Positions 18,922 through 28,690 of a stretch of DNA of 64,000 nt are shown in pieces. Each line of letters starts with the position of its first letter. Positions within the stretch are counted from its first letter, which is position 1. The DNA lies in contig OZ271918.1 of the NCBI GenBank assembly GCA_965602015.1, positions 736,001 to 800,000 on the forward strand, written 5' to 3'. Source of the DNA: Salinispira sp. GTDB taxonomy: Bacteria > Spirochaetota > Spirochaetia > DSM-27196 > Salinispiraceae. Both the position numbers and the translations under genes were made by a program. The notes under the pieces are model-generated. The model was not told the DNA's origin. It made no database searches and saw only the letters and a list, made by a program, of their open reading frames with translations.

Positions 18922-20559
18922 TCAGGTATCCAGCTCTTCAAGGACCCGGAGAACTTCGGGAAGCACCTGTTTTTTCCGCGAGAGAATTTTCGGCAGGTCA
19001 AAACGGCGGGGTCCGATTTCCGTATATATGAGTTTGTCGCTTCCCTCACGGAAGGCGCTGCTGACCAGGATGCTGTGCTGTTTAATGACATCGGTAATGA
19101 GCAACAGCGTCCAGTTGAGATTTTTTTCTCCGGCCACCGAATCCAGGGCCGAGGCGAAGGCCTCGGTAAGTTCGGAAGCCTCCTCCAGACTGATGACTTC
19201 CACCTGACCGATGCCCACCGAACGGTCAAACTGCTCATAGGTTTTGAAGTCCGCCAGGACGATTTCCCGGGGATCGCGCTCCTTCAGCGCCTTGAGCTGA
19301 CTGAACATCTCCACCGCATACTCTTCGATTTTCAAACCGGATAGCATGGACAGTTCATTCAGAGCCTTTTCATCCTCTACTGTTGTGGTCGGCGATTTGA
19401 GATTCACCGTATCCGAAATAATTCCCGACTGTAGCAGAATGGCGATATGTCTGGGGATTTCCTCGAAATGCATTCTGAAGTGCTGATACACAATGGTGGA
19501 AGATGATCCTACGGGTTTGCTTGCTATGTAGATCGGGGTATTCGTTTTTTCCGCCCCGAAGCGGTGATGATCGATTATTTCAACCACCTTGGCCTCCCGG
19601 GCTCCGGGCACCGACTGGTGAATTTCATTGTGATCCACCATTATCAGTTCCTTAACCGGCTTTTCGATGAATCGCCGTCGGGTAACGATGCCCATGAATT
19701 CTTCGCCGTCGAAAACCGGCAGTCCCCGATAGTCCGAAGACATAAGCTGCTGTTTCACCTCTTCAAAGCTCTGGCTCCGCTGAACCCTGGGCTGCGAGGT
19801 GTTGGCGATGGTGCTTACGGGCACTGACAGGCGAAGCAGCCGAATGCTTTCGGCGCTGTCGGTGCGGGACATGTAGACAAAGCCGCGGTAGCTGGAAAAG
19901 TCCGTATCCAGTTCATCGGCGGACTCAAGGCCGGTAATAATAATCGCCGGAAGCTGGTTCTCCACCGCGTGGGATAGAATTTTTCGGCGGTTGCCGACCA
20001 CCAGCACGGGTTTTTTTTCCAGTCCCTTCATTCTCTTGAGGTAAATATCGAATGGCATGGCGCCGGTCATGATCGGGGCGTCAATTTCCTCGTTCTCGCC
20101 CCGGTGGATAAATTCGCCGGGCAGAACCTGAGGAATATTGGCCATGGAAAAATGATACATGGGCCGGCCGGTGGTGCTTTGGCGCACCAGGTAGGCAGAA
20201 ACCTCGTTAATGGAAACCGTGCCGGTAAAACCGTCGAAATCCAGGATGGGGAGGAAACTGATATTGCGGGTATACAATAGTTCCAGGGCATCGAGGATGG
20301 GCGCATTTGCCGGCAGGGAAGTGTAATCCATGCGGGTGACATCACCGACGGTGGGAATCAGCTGCTTGTACAAAACAGGGAGGGCGGTTCCCGCTTTGGC
20401 GAAGGCCGCCTTGGTCTGATCATTGACAGATCCGCAGCGGATGGAGATGTATTTATTGTCAGGATCTATCTGGTTTTTTAAAAATGCGTATGCATAGCTT
20501 GCCACTGTACAGTCCATATCGGGGTTGATATGGCCGGTGACGTAAACGGTTCGACTCAT
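18922..20559 (-). CDS. ppaC: Mn-dependent family II inorganic pyrophosphatase with CBS/DRTGG insert
   Basis: GHINPDMDC, VDHNE, IIDHH, SDT and SRKKQ motifs; central regulatory insert. Confidence 0.92.
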   Translation of the reverse strand: MSRTVYVTGHINPDMDCTVASYAYAFLKNQIDPDNKYISIRCGSVNDQTKAAFAKAGTALPVLYKQLIPTVGDVTRMDYTSLPANAPILDALELLYTRNISFLPILDFDGFTGTVSINEVSAYLVRQSTTGRPMYHFSMANIPQVLPGEFIHRGENEEIDAPIMTGAMPFDIYLKRMKGLEKKPVLVVGNRRKILSHAVENQLPAIIITGLESADELDTDFSSYRGFVYMSRTDSAESIRLLRLSVPVSTIANTSQPRVQRSQSFEEVKQQLMSSDYRGLPVFDGEEFMGIVTRRRFIEKPVKELIMVDHNEIHQSVPGAREAKVVEIIDHHRFGAEKTNTPIYIASKPVGSSSTIVYQHFRMHFEEIPRHIAILLQSGIISDTVNLKSPTTTVEDEKALNELSMLSGLKIEEYAVEMFSQLKALKERDPREIVLADFKTYEQFDRSVGIGQVEVISLEEASELTEAFASALDSVAGEKNLNWTLLLITDVIKQHSILVSSAFREGSDKLIYTEIGPRRFDLPKILSRKKQVLPEVLRVLEELDT

Positions 20560-20591
20560 GGGCTGGAGAATATACCGAGGACCGGCCTTTA

Positions 20592-22040
20592 TCAAGCCGG
20601 GAAGAATGCCGAGTGAACCGCACGCAGCGCGGACTCGACCTGTTCCCGCCTCACCACGAAATATGTGGCCGCCGCGCTGGCCCCGATTGAGAGCATTTTT
20701 GCATGGAGGCCGTACCGGCTGAGAGCCAGAATGAGGGTCTCGGCGATTTCCTCGCATTCTTCGAGTCCTTCTCCCACCAGGGCGACGATGGCGTATTCAT
20801 CCAGGGTCTCGAGGCGGGCCACCGTAGCCAGGGAGAGGGCCGAGATGCATTCCCGTGCAGCGTCGAGATCTCCCCGGGAGAGGAAGAGGTTGATGGAAGT
20901 CTGGGTGGTAATTACTGATTTAATATTGATTCCGGAGGCTGCCAGTTCGGCGCTTGCCCTGCCGAGAATCCCGGCTTTTGAACCGACTCCCGATCCGCTG
21001 AGCCTGAGTATGCCGAAGTCCTCGGTGTGGGTTACGGATTTTACCCGGTGGGTCACTGCCCGGCCGCTTCCGTCGGTGAGTGGACTGTGGGATGCCTCGA
21101 TTCGGGAAACCGGAGCGATGCCCCGCACGTGCCGGTGAATGTTGAGAATTCGCAAAGGTATACCCTGTTCCCGAAGGGGTTCCACCGTCCGGGGGTGGAG
21201 AATACGGGCGCCGAAATAGGAAAGTTCTGCGGCCTCCCGGTAACTGAGTACCTCCAAAGGCCGGGGCGAGTCGACGAGTCCGGGGTCGCCGGACATAAAG
21301 CCTTCGACATCCTTCCAAATATCCAGAGATTCGGCGCTAATGCAGCGGGCTATGGCTGCCGCCGAATAATCGCTTCCACCGCGTCCCAGCAGCGTCACCT
21401 CGCCCTGCCGGGACACGCCGTAAAAACCGGGGACTACGTACACCGCGTCTCGCTTCAGGGCCTTTTCCAGCGCCGGAACCGATGCCTCAAAATCCACCGT
21501 TGCGTTGCGGGCTTCGCCGTCGGTTATCAGCCCGATGTTCTCCGGGAGGGCTTCGCCGGCGTCAAACCCGCTGTCTTTGAGAATTGCGGCAACCAGCGCG
21601 GAAGACAGCCGTTCGCCATAGCTCAGAACCCGGTCATAGATCCGCTCGGGAATTTCCGACAGATAATGCACCCCGAGAAGCAGCCGGCTCAACTCCTCAA
21701 GGCGTTGGGAGATGGTAGCGCTGATCTCTTTTTTTATCTCCGGGCTTGAGATATGCCCATCGATAACACCGCGCTTGTACTCTCGTATTTCGCCGATATT
21801 ATTCGCCGCGTCGGTATCGCTGCTCAGGGCCTGGTCCAGAAGGGCGATGAGCCGGTTGGTGATGCCGTAAAATGCAGAAACGACCACGACCACCGGGCGA
21901 TTATAGCTGCGGAGAACCGAGACCAGGCGGCCCATATCCTCCGGCTTGCGAAGGTTGGAACCGCCGAATTTCACCACGATTTTGGCCTGTGTTTGCCCAT
22001 TGTCCTCTGGCCGGTCAGCCTGCCTGTCGGATTGCTTCAC
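20592..22040 (-). CDS. Aspartate kinase (kinase domain plus ACT domains)
   Basis: VVKFGGS, LGRGGSDYSA, DVEGFMSGDP and ELSYFGARILHP motifs. Confidence 0.93.
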   Translation of the reverse strand: MKQSDRQADRPEDNGQTQAKIVVKFGGSNLRKPEDMGRLVSVLRSYNRPVVVVVSAFYGITNRLIALLDQALSSDTDAANNIGEIREYKRGVIDGHISSPEIKKEISATISQRLEELSRLLLGVHYLSEIPERIYDRVLSYGERLSSALVAAILKDSGFDAGEALPENIGLITDGEARNATVDFEASVPALEKALKRDAVYVVPGFYGVSRQGEVTLLGRGGSDYSAAAIARCISAESLDIWKDVEGFMSGDPGLVDSPRPLEVLSYREAAELSYFGARILHPRTVEPLREQGIPLRILNIHRHVRGIAPVSRIEASHSPLTDGSGRAVTHRVKSVTHTEDFGILRLSGSGVGSKAGILGRASAELAASGINIKSVITTQTSINLFLSRGDLDAARECISALSLATVARLETLDEYAIVALVGEGLEECEEIAETLILALSRYGLHAKMLSIGASAAATYFVVRREQVESALRAVHSAFFPA

Positions 22041-22465
22041 AGGATGGCCCAGAAAAACCAGGCGTAGGCCGCGCCGAGAACAAGGCCGCTGACGATTTCG
22101 GCAATTGAGTGGCCGACCATTTCAGAATGGTTTTCCAACTGTCCCTGCTGCTCAGCAGTGAAAAACGTTTTCATGCGGTTGAGCGCGATGGCATGATTTT
22201 GCACAAACCCCCGAAGTCGCAAGGCATCGTACATGACGATGAGGGCGAATACCAGGCTCACCGAAAACCATGGGCCCGATGTTCCGTATTCCAGCGCGAT
22301 GAAGGCCGTCAAGGATGATACAAATGCCGAGTGAGCGCTGGGCATGCCGCCGGTTGTGACCAGATACTTTGGGCTGAGCTTTTTATCGCGGATAGAATAA
22401 ATAATAAACTTAAACGCCTGGCTGACCAGCTGTACGCTGACCGCTACAAGAAACGCAACGGGCAT
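22037..22465 (-). CDS. Divergent PAP2 family membrane protein (DUF212)
   Basis: TGGMPSAHSA, VMYDA..R and E.VGH...EI motifs; RBS GGAGG before ATG 22465. Confidence 0.88.
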   Translation of the reverse strand: MPVAFLVAVSVQLVSQAFKFIIYSIRDKKLSPKYLVTTGGMPSAHSAFVSSLTAFIALEYGTSGPWFSVSLVFALIVMYDALRLRGFVQNHAIALNRMKTFFTAEQQGQLENHSEMVGHSIAEIVSGLVLGAAYAWFFWAIL

Positions 22466-22544
22466 GATTCCTCCACAGAACTCTGATGTGCCATTGTATC
22501 GGCTCAGCTCCGGACCTGTCCAGTTTCCGCCCGCAGGGCGGTGG

Positions 22545-23507
22545 TCAAAGCCCGTAGAATCCGTGGCCGATTGCGGTGCCGAAGACCAACACGGCACCGG
22601 GTTTGCGCAAATTGCGGGCGGCAGCAGCGCCGTCGTGCCAGCTGGTGACAGCGGGCCGCTGCCCGGCAATCTCTTCCCAGAGATCGGCGGTTAGCCGGTT
22701 AAAATCCCTGTCGATCATCCGCAGCTTGCAGTATCCTCCCCGGTGGTTCTCGATGAATTGCCCTCCATCGAGATATGCCGCCAGGCTGATTGCAATGCCC
22801 GGCGGCGCTCCTCCTGGATTGCGGGAATACTGCTGGTGAAAAAACTCCAGGGATAAGCGGTAACGACTCAGGACCTCCCGGGCATAGGCGAGGTCCCAGC
22901 CCTCATGGGCTGCGTTGATGCCCATGGGGAAGCGCGTAAATACAATGTTTGTTCCGGCGACCATCGATTTGGCGGCCGAGTGGCCGTAGTCCAGCACCAG
23001 GGTCCCGGCTTTCTGGCCCCGGGCTGCGCCGTGAATTGGCAATTCTGCGGGATTATCGGCCAGCAGTATCTGACGGTCGGCCAATTTCCATTCGTTGAGC
23101 AGCTCCCCGACGCCGCCGGCAATGCGCTTGCCGTCAAGCAACGCCAGGTAGCCGCCGCCCAGGAGGACCCGGGGACAAATCATCCATCCCCGGCGGATCT
23201 GTTCAATTCGGTCAATAGGCCCCTGGGGAGGGACGGGCCAGCGTGCATTGCCGCTCAATAGGCTGTGAAGCAGGGCTGCCAGCCGCCTGATGAACTCATT
23301 TTCTATTTGATGCCGGTCTTTACGCTGCGGTCGGGTTTCGAGGCTCTCCCGGGCATGCCTTACCGGGGCTGTCTGACAGAGGGCGTCTATTGCCCGGGAG
23401 CTAAGCAGATCTCTTCCCGCCCAGCCCCGGTAATTCGGAAACGGACAATTATCGCCCACAGTGACCCTATTGATGCTCGACTCTGGAATTGCTGCTATTG
23501 GGCTCAT
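22545..23507 (-). CDS. Hypothetical protein, probable circularly permuted ROK/ASKHA-fold protein
   Basis: VLLGGG and HGAA precede LVLDYGHSAAK, IAISLAAYLD, HDGAAAA and VLVFGTAIGHGF, i.e. ROK motifs in permuted order. Confidence 0.55.
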   Translation of the reverse strand: MSPIAAIPESSINRVTVGDNCPFPNYRGWAGRDLLSSRAIDALCQTAPVRHARESLETRPQRKDRHQIENEFIRRLAALLHSLLSGNARWPVPPQGPIDRIEQIRRGWMICPRVLLGGGYLALLDGKRIAGGVGELLNEWKLADRQILLADNPAELPIHGAARGQKAGTLVLDYGHSAAKSMVAGTNIVFTRFPMGINAAHEGWDLAYAREVLSRYRLSLEFFHQQYSRNPGGAPPGIAISLAAYLDGGQFIENHRGGYCKLRMIDRDFNRLTADLWEEIAGQRPAVTSWHDGAAAARNLRKPGAVLVFGTAIGHGFYGL

Positions 23508-23547
23508 GAGTTGCCGGACTCTTCGGGGCAGCCGGGGCTGTCCGCGC

Positions 23548-24786
23548 CTACCGAGCTGACCCTTCATCGTCGCGGCCTTTAGCAATACCGCCGGACTCCC
23601 CGGGCATCAGCTTCATTTCCAGGTAATCAAAAATCTCCCGTTCAAGCAGGACCCGGCGGGCGAATTCCCCAAGGCGGGTATTACCCAGTAATGTGCCCAG
23701 CCCTCCGCTGCGGGCAGTTTCGAGCAGCTTCCCGTTCACATAATCAGGGGGAAGACTGCGGCGGCGGTTGAAATCCTTGCGTATTTCATCGAGCCATGCG
23801 GAGTAAGCCTTTGCGGCGGACTTGAGCCGTCGGGTGTTGACTCCCCGCATCGAGTACAACTCGACCATGTGCCAAAACAGAATGTGAAGTTCATCGGCGG
23901 GACCGAGCATTGTGCGATAGGCCCGGTGGGGGATGATTCCCGGCAGACCCAGTTCCTTCAGAACCCCCCAGGCCCGCTGATTGAGCTCTCCGGCATACCG
24001 GGCAAGCGGGCTGCCTGAAGAACGGTTTTCTCCGTACAGTCTTTCATAGAGGGGGATCAGGCCGGGGTCATGGTCTGCGAGCGCTGAAAAAAACCGGTCC
24101 TTCTGGCGTCCCGGTCTGAGGGTCAGTCCGCCGGGTATGATAAAATCCACACCCGACTCTTTTAGCGCGGAGAATAATCCGCTGATCTGATCTTCGGAAT
24201 CGCAGATGTCAGGCAGAAGGGGCATGGCCAAGACCCCGGTAACCGCGCCGGCTTCCTTGAAGGCCCTCAGGGCATGTACTCGATCTGCTATTGCGGACGC
24301 TCCGGGCTCAAAGCGGGCCCGAACCTGATCGTCAAGGGTGACAATGGACATCATAAAAATCAGCCCGGCGTCCCGGGCCACGGGTCCCCACAAATCGAGG
24401 TCGCGGACGGCCAGGGCGTTCTTTGTGGCGATTGCCGCCGGCTGGCCGGCGTCCCAAATTGCCCGGGCGCATTCCCTGGTCAATTTTAAATCGTTTTCTA
24501 TCGGCTGATAGATATCGCTGACTCCGGATCCGCCGGAGATTATTCCCTTTTCGCGAAGCTTCGACAGCTCGTTCGCCAAAAGTTCAGGGAGGTTGGTCCG
24601 GACGCTGATGTCTTCTTCGAACACCCCGTCCATGTAATATCGTTCAGCCCGTCCGTCGCAATACAGGCAGCCGTGCTCGCAATTCTGGTAGGGAGAAAAA
24701 CGGTAACGGGCGCACCAAAAGGGTTCGGCGGCCCGGTTTCGCGTGAGGGCCTTTTTCACATCCTTTTGGTGAACCCTGACGCTCAT
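23548..24786 (-). CDS. Radical SAM protein (spore photoproduct lyase / Rv2578c-like)
   Basis: SPYQNCEHGCLYCD (CxxxCxxC), SDIYQPIE and FEPGAS motifs. Confidence 0.88.
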   Translation of the reverse strand: MSVRVHQKDVKKALTRNRAAEPFWCARYRFSPYQNCEHGCLYCDGRAERYYMDGVFEEDISVRTNLPELLANELSKLREKGIISGGSGVSDIYQPIENDLKLTRECARAIWDAGQPAAIATKNALAVRDLDLWGPVARDAGLIFMMSIVTLDDQVRARFEPGASAIADRVHALRAFKEAGAVTGVLAMPLLPDICDSEDQISGLFSALKESGVDFIIPGGLTLRPGRQKDRFFSALADHDPGLIPLYERLYGENRSSGSPLARYAGELNQRAWGVLKELGLPGIIPHRAYRTMLGPADELHILFWHMVELYSMRGVNTRRLKSAAKAYSAWLDEIRKDFNRRRSLPPDYVNGKLLETARSGGLGTLLGNTRLGEFARRVLLEREIFDYLEMKLMPGESGGIAKGRDDEGSAR

Positions 24787-25613
24787 TCTCCGTTCTCCCT
24801 CCGCTTGCCCGGCCGATGCTGATCCCGGGGTCCGGTGCCGGCGACGATCCGCTTCACAGCCGATGAGAAAATAAAAGGATCGTCGCTGATAATCGCCCGG
24901 GCGCGGACGGGAAGCAGGGTGAATTCTTCCGGTCGGTTGACGGTCCAGAAGATCAGGGAAATCCGCCGAATAATAAACCAGAGAAACATGATCCGGCGCA
25001 GCGCCGGCCGGAGCCCGGTAAAAATCTGAACCGGCAGATGAACGGACCATGGTTTGACTCTGCGTACCGATTCCCGGATTCCCCGAAATCCCGAAGCCCG
25101 GTGTTCTTCCCCGATTAACAGGCCGCAGCGGTAGCCCGCCCGGGAAAAGGCGGGCAATAGTCCGTGGTCGAATGAGGATATGACGATAAAGAGCCGCGGG
25201 CGGTATGGTTCGAGAACCCGGTTGACAGCGCTAAAGTCCTCAGGGGCAAGGGTTTCGGCCTTCAGCTCAATGTTGACCGCCGGCCGCCGGCCCCCTGAGG
25301 CGAAGCCGGATGCCAGGTCCAAAACATCAGTCAGAAGCGGAGGACCCTTGCCGTCGCCGCAGTCCAGGGCTTCCAGTTCTTTTTTGCCTGCATTGCCGAT
25401 ATGTATTTCCCCCGGCGCTTCAGCGCAGGTCCGGTTTATGGTTTCGTCATGGATGACCCGGAAATTGCCGTCTCCGTCCTTCTGGATATCCAGCTCGATT
25501 CCGTCGGCTCCGTCTTCCAAAGCCTTTGTGAATGCCAGAACGGTATTTTCCGGATAGCGGGCCGAAAGCCCGCGGTGGGCCCACAGTTCGGGCTTTGATC
25601 TCCTGCGCCGCAT
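24783..25613 (-). CDS. Glycerophosphodiester phosphodiesterase
   Basis: AHRG...PENT, IELDIQ, VIHDET and NIELK motifs. Confidence 0.92.
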   Translation of the reverse strand: MRRRRSKPELWAHRGLSARYPENTVLAFTKALEDGADGIELDIQKDGDGNFRVIHDETINRTCAEAPGEIHIGNAGKKELEALDCGDGKGPPLLTDVLDLASGFASGGRRPAVNIELKAETLAPEDFSAVNRVLEPYRPRLFIVISSFDHGLLPAFSRAGYRCGLLIGEEHRASGFRGIRESVRRVKPWSVHLPVQIFTGLRPALRRIMFLWFIIRRISLIFWTVNRPEEFTLLPVRARAIISDDPFIFSSAVKRIVAGTGPRDQHRPGKRRENGE

Positions 25614-26938
25614 CAGTCCCTTGCCGCCGCTGTCGATGCGTCTGCCGGGCCGCCGGAGGACGCAGCAGCCTCACCACGGCGCACGAAGCTCATAATGACC
25701 AGAGCGAGCAGGAAAAACAGCGCGGCGAAAAACAGCAGCGATACATAGCCCTCCGGTCGGCTCCCGTTGGCGGTAAAAATATCCATGACCGCTCCCCCCA
25801 GGGGAGGTGCGACGATGTTCGCCGCCTGGGAAAAGAAATAATAGAGACCGGTATAGCCTCCGATTTTTTCCGCAGTTGTCATGTCCACAACCATGGGAAG
25901 CGAGTTGACATTAACGAAAGCCCAGGCTCCGCCGGCCAGGGCGAACAGAATTGCCACAGGCAAAAAAGTGGTAAAAAAGACCGCGGTTACCAAAAGGACA
26001 ATGAGGAGAAGCAGTCCCAGCCGGATGGTCTTGCGTCTTCCGATTCCCGATCCGATAAAACCTGCAGGAATGGAAAACAGGATAAAAAACGCAGAGTAAA
26101 TTCCCAGAATCAGTGCTCCGGTAGATTCTTCAAGGCCCATGTAAAACTTGGCATAGCTGGTGAAAAAGGTTTCAACGGCGTTGAAACCGACGAACCAGAG
26201 GAAAATCGCCAGAAGTATAAACAGCAGGCTTTTCTCCCCCTTGATGACGTCCCGCAGATTATCCGTCAGTTCGGCGATGGTGGCTTTTATGGATATGCGC
26301 TTGTTTCCGTCGGAATCCCCATTTGCGAACGCGTCTGCCTCCGCCGGGTCGGATCGGTCTTCCTTTACGCTTATTACCACGATCATGCTTGCGGTGAACA
26401 TTATCAGGCCGGCGACGATGAACGGCAGGCGGATGTCCGCGTCATACAGGGGCTTGCCTCCGAAGTATACAAGCAGCGCTCCCACTCCCCCCATAAAATT
26501 GATAATTCCGTTTGCCTGGCTGCGGTACTGGCTGGGAGTGATGTCGGGCATCAGGGCAATTACCGGTGAACGGAACAGCGCCATAGAGAGATTCATGAGG
26601 ATTACCGTGAGCATCATCAGCCCGAGGCTTTCCCAGATATTGGCGAAGGGAATCATAATAAAAAACAGCATGGCCAGCGGAGCGCCTAGCAGAAGATACG
26701 GACGCCGCCGCCCGATGCGGGTATGGGTCCGGTCGCTCAAGGCCCCTAAAAACGGCAGGAGAATAATGGCGAAGATATTATCGATGGTCATTACCGTTCC
26801 GACCAGGGTGAAGGGGAGGGAAAAGCTGTCGCGCAAAAACACCGGAACATAGGCATTGTACATCGACCAGATCATCGAAATTCCGAGAAATCCGAAACCG
26901 ATAAGAAAGGTTTTTTTCTGGCTGAATGAGCTGCTCAT
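25613..26938 (-). CDS. MFS sugar transporter (SLC45/GPH-like)
   Basis: About 12 hydrophobic segments; GALSDRT..RIGRRRPY and ALMPD motifs. Confidence 0.9.
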   Translation of the reverse strand: MSSSFSQKKTFLIGFGFLGISMIWSMYNAYVPVFLRDSFSLPFTLVGTVMTIDNIFAIILLPFLGALSDRTHTRIGRRRPYLLLGAPLAMLFFIMIPFANIWESLGLMMLTVILMNLSMALFRSPVIALMPDITPSQYRSQANGIINFMGGVGALLVYFGGKPLYDADIRLPFIVAGLIMFTASMIVVISVKEDRSDPAEADAFANGDSDGNKRISIKATIAELTDNLRDVIKGEKSLLFILLAIFLWFVGFNAVETFFTSYAKFYMGLEESTGALILGIYSAFFILFSIPAGFIGSGIGRRKTIRLGLLLLIVLLVTAVFFTTFLPVAILFALAGGAWAFVNVNSLPMVVDMTTAEKIGGYTGLYYFFSQAANIVAPPLGGAVMDIFTANGSRPEGYVSLLFFAALFFLLALVIMSFVRRGEAAASSGGPADASTAAARD

Positions 26939-26975
26939 GGAAACCGCCTCGTAATAAAGATTCGGCGGCGGGGAA

Positions 26976-27590
26976 TTAGGAAATTCCGATTACCGCCCGT
27001 ACCCCATCAATAATAAACTGAATTGCCAGAGATGCCAGCAGCAATCCTAAAAGTCGTTTGAAAACCGAGTTCGCCGTGCGGCCTGCAATTTTAATGAGAC
27101 GGGTTGAGGTGAGAAACATAACGAGGGTTACGCCGTATACAACCAGAATAGCGGCGAAAAGGGCGGTCAGAGTTGAGAGGGTATGAGCCGACGTGGAAAA
27201 CTGCAGCACTGTAAAGGTGAGGGCTCCGGGTCCGGCGATCATTGGTATACTCAAGGGGTAGACCGAAATGTCCCTTGGTTCGTCACCGTGGATTTTGGGG
27301 CGGTTGTCATCGTCGGGATGTACAATCATGCCAAAGGCTGTGTGGAAAAGCAAAATCCCACCGGTGATGCGGAAAGCATCCATGCTAATGTTCAGCCCCT
27401 CCAGGACCGCCGAACCAAACAGACCAAAGAGGGTCACCAGTCCCTGTGAAATCAGCACGGCTTTTACTGCCATACTCACTGCATAGGAACGCTTGTGGCC
27501 GTCGGTGAGGGCGTGGAAAATAAGCGAGACCCCTATGGGATCGACAATGACGAAAAAACCGGCAAATGCCGTGATAAACAGGGTGAGCAT
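26976..27590 (-). CDS. MarC family membrane protein
   Basis: IVDPIG, FRITGGILL and PLSIPMIAGPG motifs. Confidence 0.92.
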   Translation of the reverse strand: MLTLFITAFAGFFVIVDPIGVSLIFHALTDGHKRSYAVSMAVKAVLISQGLVTLFGLFGSAVLEGLNISMDAFRITGGILLFHTAFGMIVHPDDDNRPKIHGDEPRDISVYPLSIPMIAGPGALTFTVLQFSTSAHTLSTLTALFAAILVVYGVTLVMFLTSTRLIKIAGRTANSVFKRLLGLLLASLAIQFIIDGVRAVIGIS

Positions 27591-27662
27591 GGCACTGTTG
27601 TATCACAATGCCATGCGACGGACAATGGCGGCAGCTCATGTCTGTCAGCCGCTGCCCGCCTG

Positions 27663-28622
27663 TCAGCCGCCGGTGGTTTTCCAGGGTACGGTTGTGAGAT
27701 TTTTAGCCCTGCGGATGCTTTCGGGAAGGGATCTGCTGATGTGTTCTTTTAGATGGGCGAGCAGCGAATGGCGGATAAAGCCCGGGTGCCGGAGAATCCC
27801 GATATCCCTCGCCGGAGCAGGACTCGCCAGTGGTAGAATATGGCATTTCGATTCACGATTCTCGCCGGAGGCGGCGAGCTCCGGAATGAGTGTATAGCCC
27901 AAACCCCGCTCGACCAGCAGCTTCAGGGATTCCAGGCTGCCCGATGCAAACTCCAGGGCATTGCTCCGGCGACGTTCGGGGATTTTGCAGAGGTCGATTA
28001 TCTGATCTCTCAGGCAATGTCCCTCGGTCAACAACAGCATTCCCTCCCAGCCGAGCCGCCTGATGTCTACCCGCCCGGCGGGTGTCTTGCCGTCTCCGTA
28101 TGCGAAGCCCGGCGGCAGGTAGGCGTAAAATTCTTCTAAAAAAAGCGATTCTTCCACCAGACCGGATGTACCGGAGGGGAGGGCGAGAATGCCGATGTCC
28201 AGGCGATCGGCGCGAATGCCCTCTATGATATCGTCGGAATTAATCTCCGAAACGCTCATTTTCAAATTCGGATGGGCCGAGATGAAGTCGCCCAGGAACC
28301 GAGGCAGCAGGTAGGGTCCGAGGGTAGGGATAATGCCGATGCGCAGCGATCCGCCAAGGCTTGAGCGTTGCTCAGCGGCCATGACCGGTATGGCCTGCAT
28401 AATCTGCAGGGCTTCCCGAGCCTGACGGAGAATGTCCCTGGCATCGGCGCTGGCCCTCATGGGCCTGGCCGCCCGATCGATGAGAACTACCCCCAGCTCA
28501 TCTTCCAGTTTTGCAATCTGGGCGCTCAAGGTGGGCTGGGTGACATTGCAGTCTTCCGCCGCGGCGGTGAAGCTGCCCCGGTCCGCAACGTTGATCACAT
28601 ATTCCCATTGCTGAATAGTCAT
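27663..28622 (-). CDS. oxyR: Hydrogen-peroxide-sensing LysR regulator
   Basis: LysR HTH (SFTAAA...VTQPTLSAQIAKLE); GIIPTLGPYLLP; EGHCLRDQIIDLC with both redox cysteines. Confidence 0.88.
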   Translation of the reverse strand: MTIQQWEYVINVADRGSFTAAAEDCNVTQPTLSAQIAKLEDELGVVLIDRAARPMRASADARDILRQAREALQIMQAIPVMAAEQRSSLGGSLRIGIIPTLGPYLLPRFLGDFISAHPNLKMSVSEINSDDIIEGIRADRLDIGILALPSGTSGLVEESLFLEEFYAYLPPGFAYGDGKTPAGRVDIRRLGWEGMLLLTEGHCLRDQIIDLCKIPERRRSNALEFASGSLESLKLLVERGLGYTLIPELAASGENRESKCHILPLASPAPARDIGILRHPGFIRHSLLAHLKEHISRSLPESIRRAKNLTTVPWKTTGG

Positions 28623-28651
28623 ATAGACAGTATCTATCAGATTAAAAATAG
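28623..28651. promoter_or_regulatory. Putative OxyR/LysR autoregulatory box
   Basis: ATAG-N7-CTAT (28623-28637) plus a further ATAG (28648-28651) directly upstream of the oxyR start. Confidence 0.5.
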
Positions 28652-28690
28652 GATCAACTTCGTCCATATGCCGCTATTCCAGTCGGCGGA

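Noticed and set aside
20560..20757. N-terminal extensions of ORF-track calls (ppaC here; likewise prs, the radical SAM gene, DUF212, sdaA-like and 10584)
   Set aside because: They overlap neighbouring genes and precede the first family motif; downstream ATG starts were used instead.
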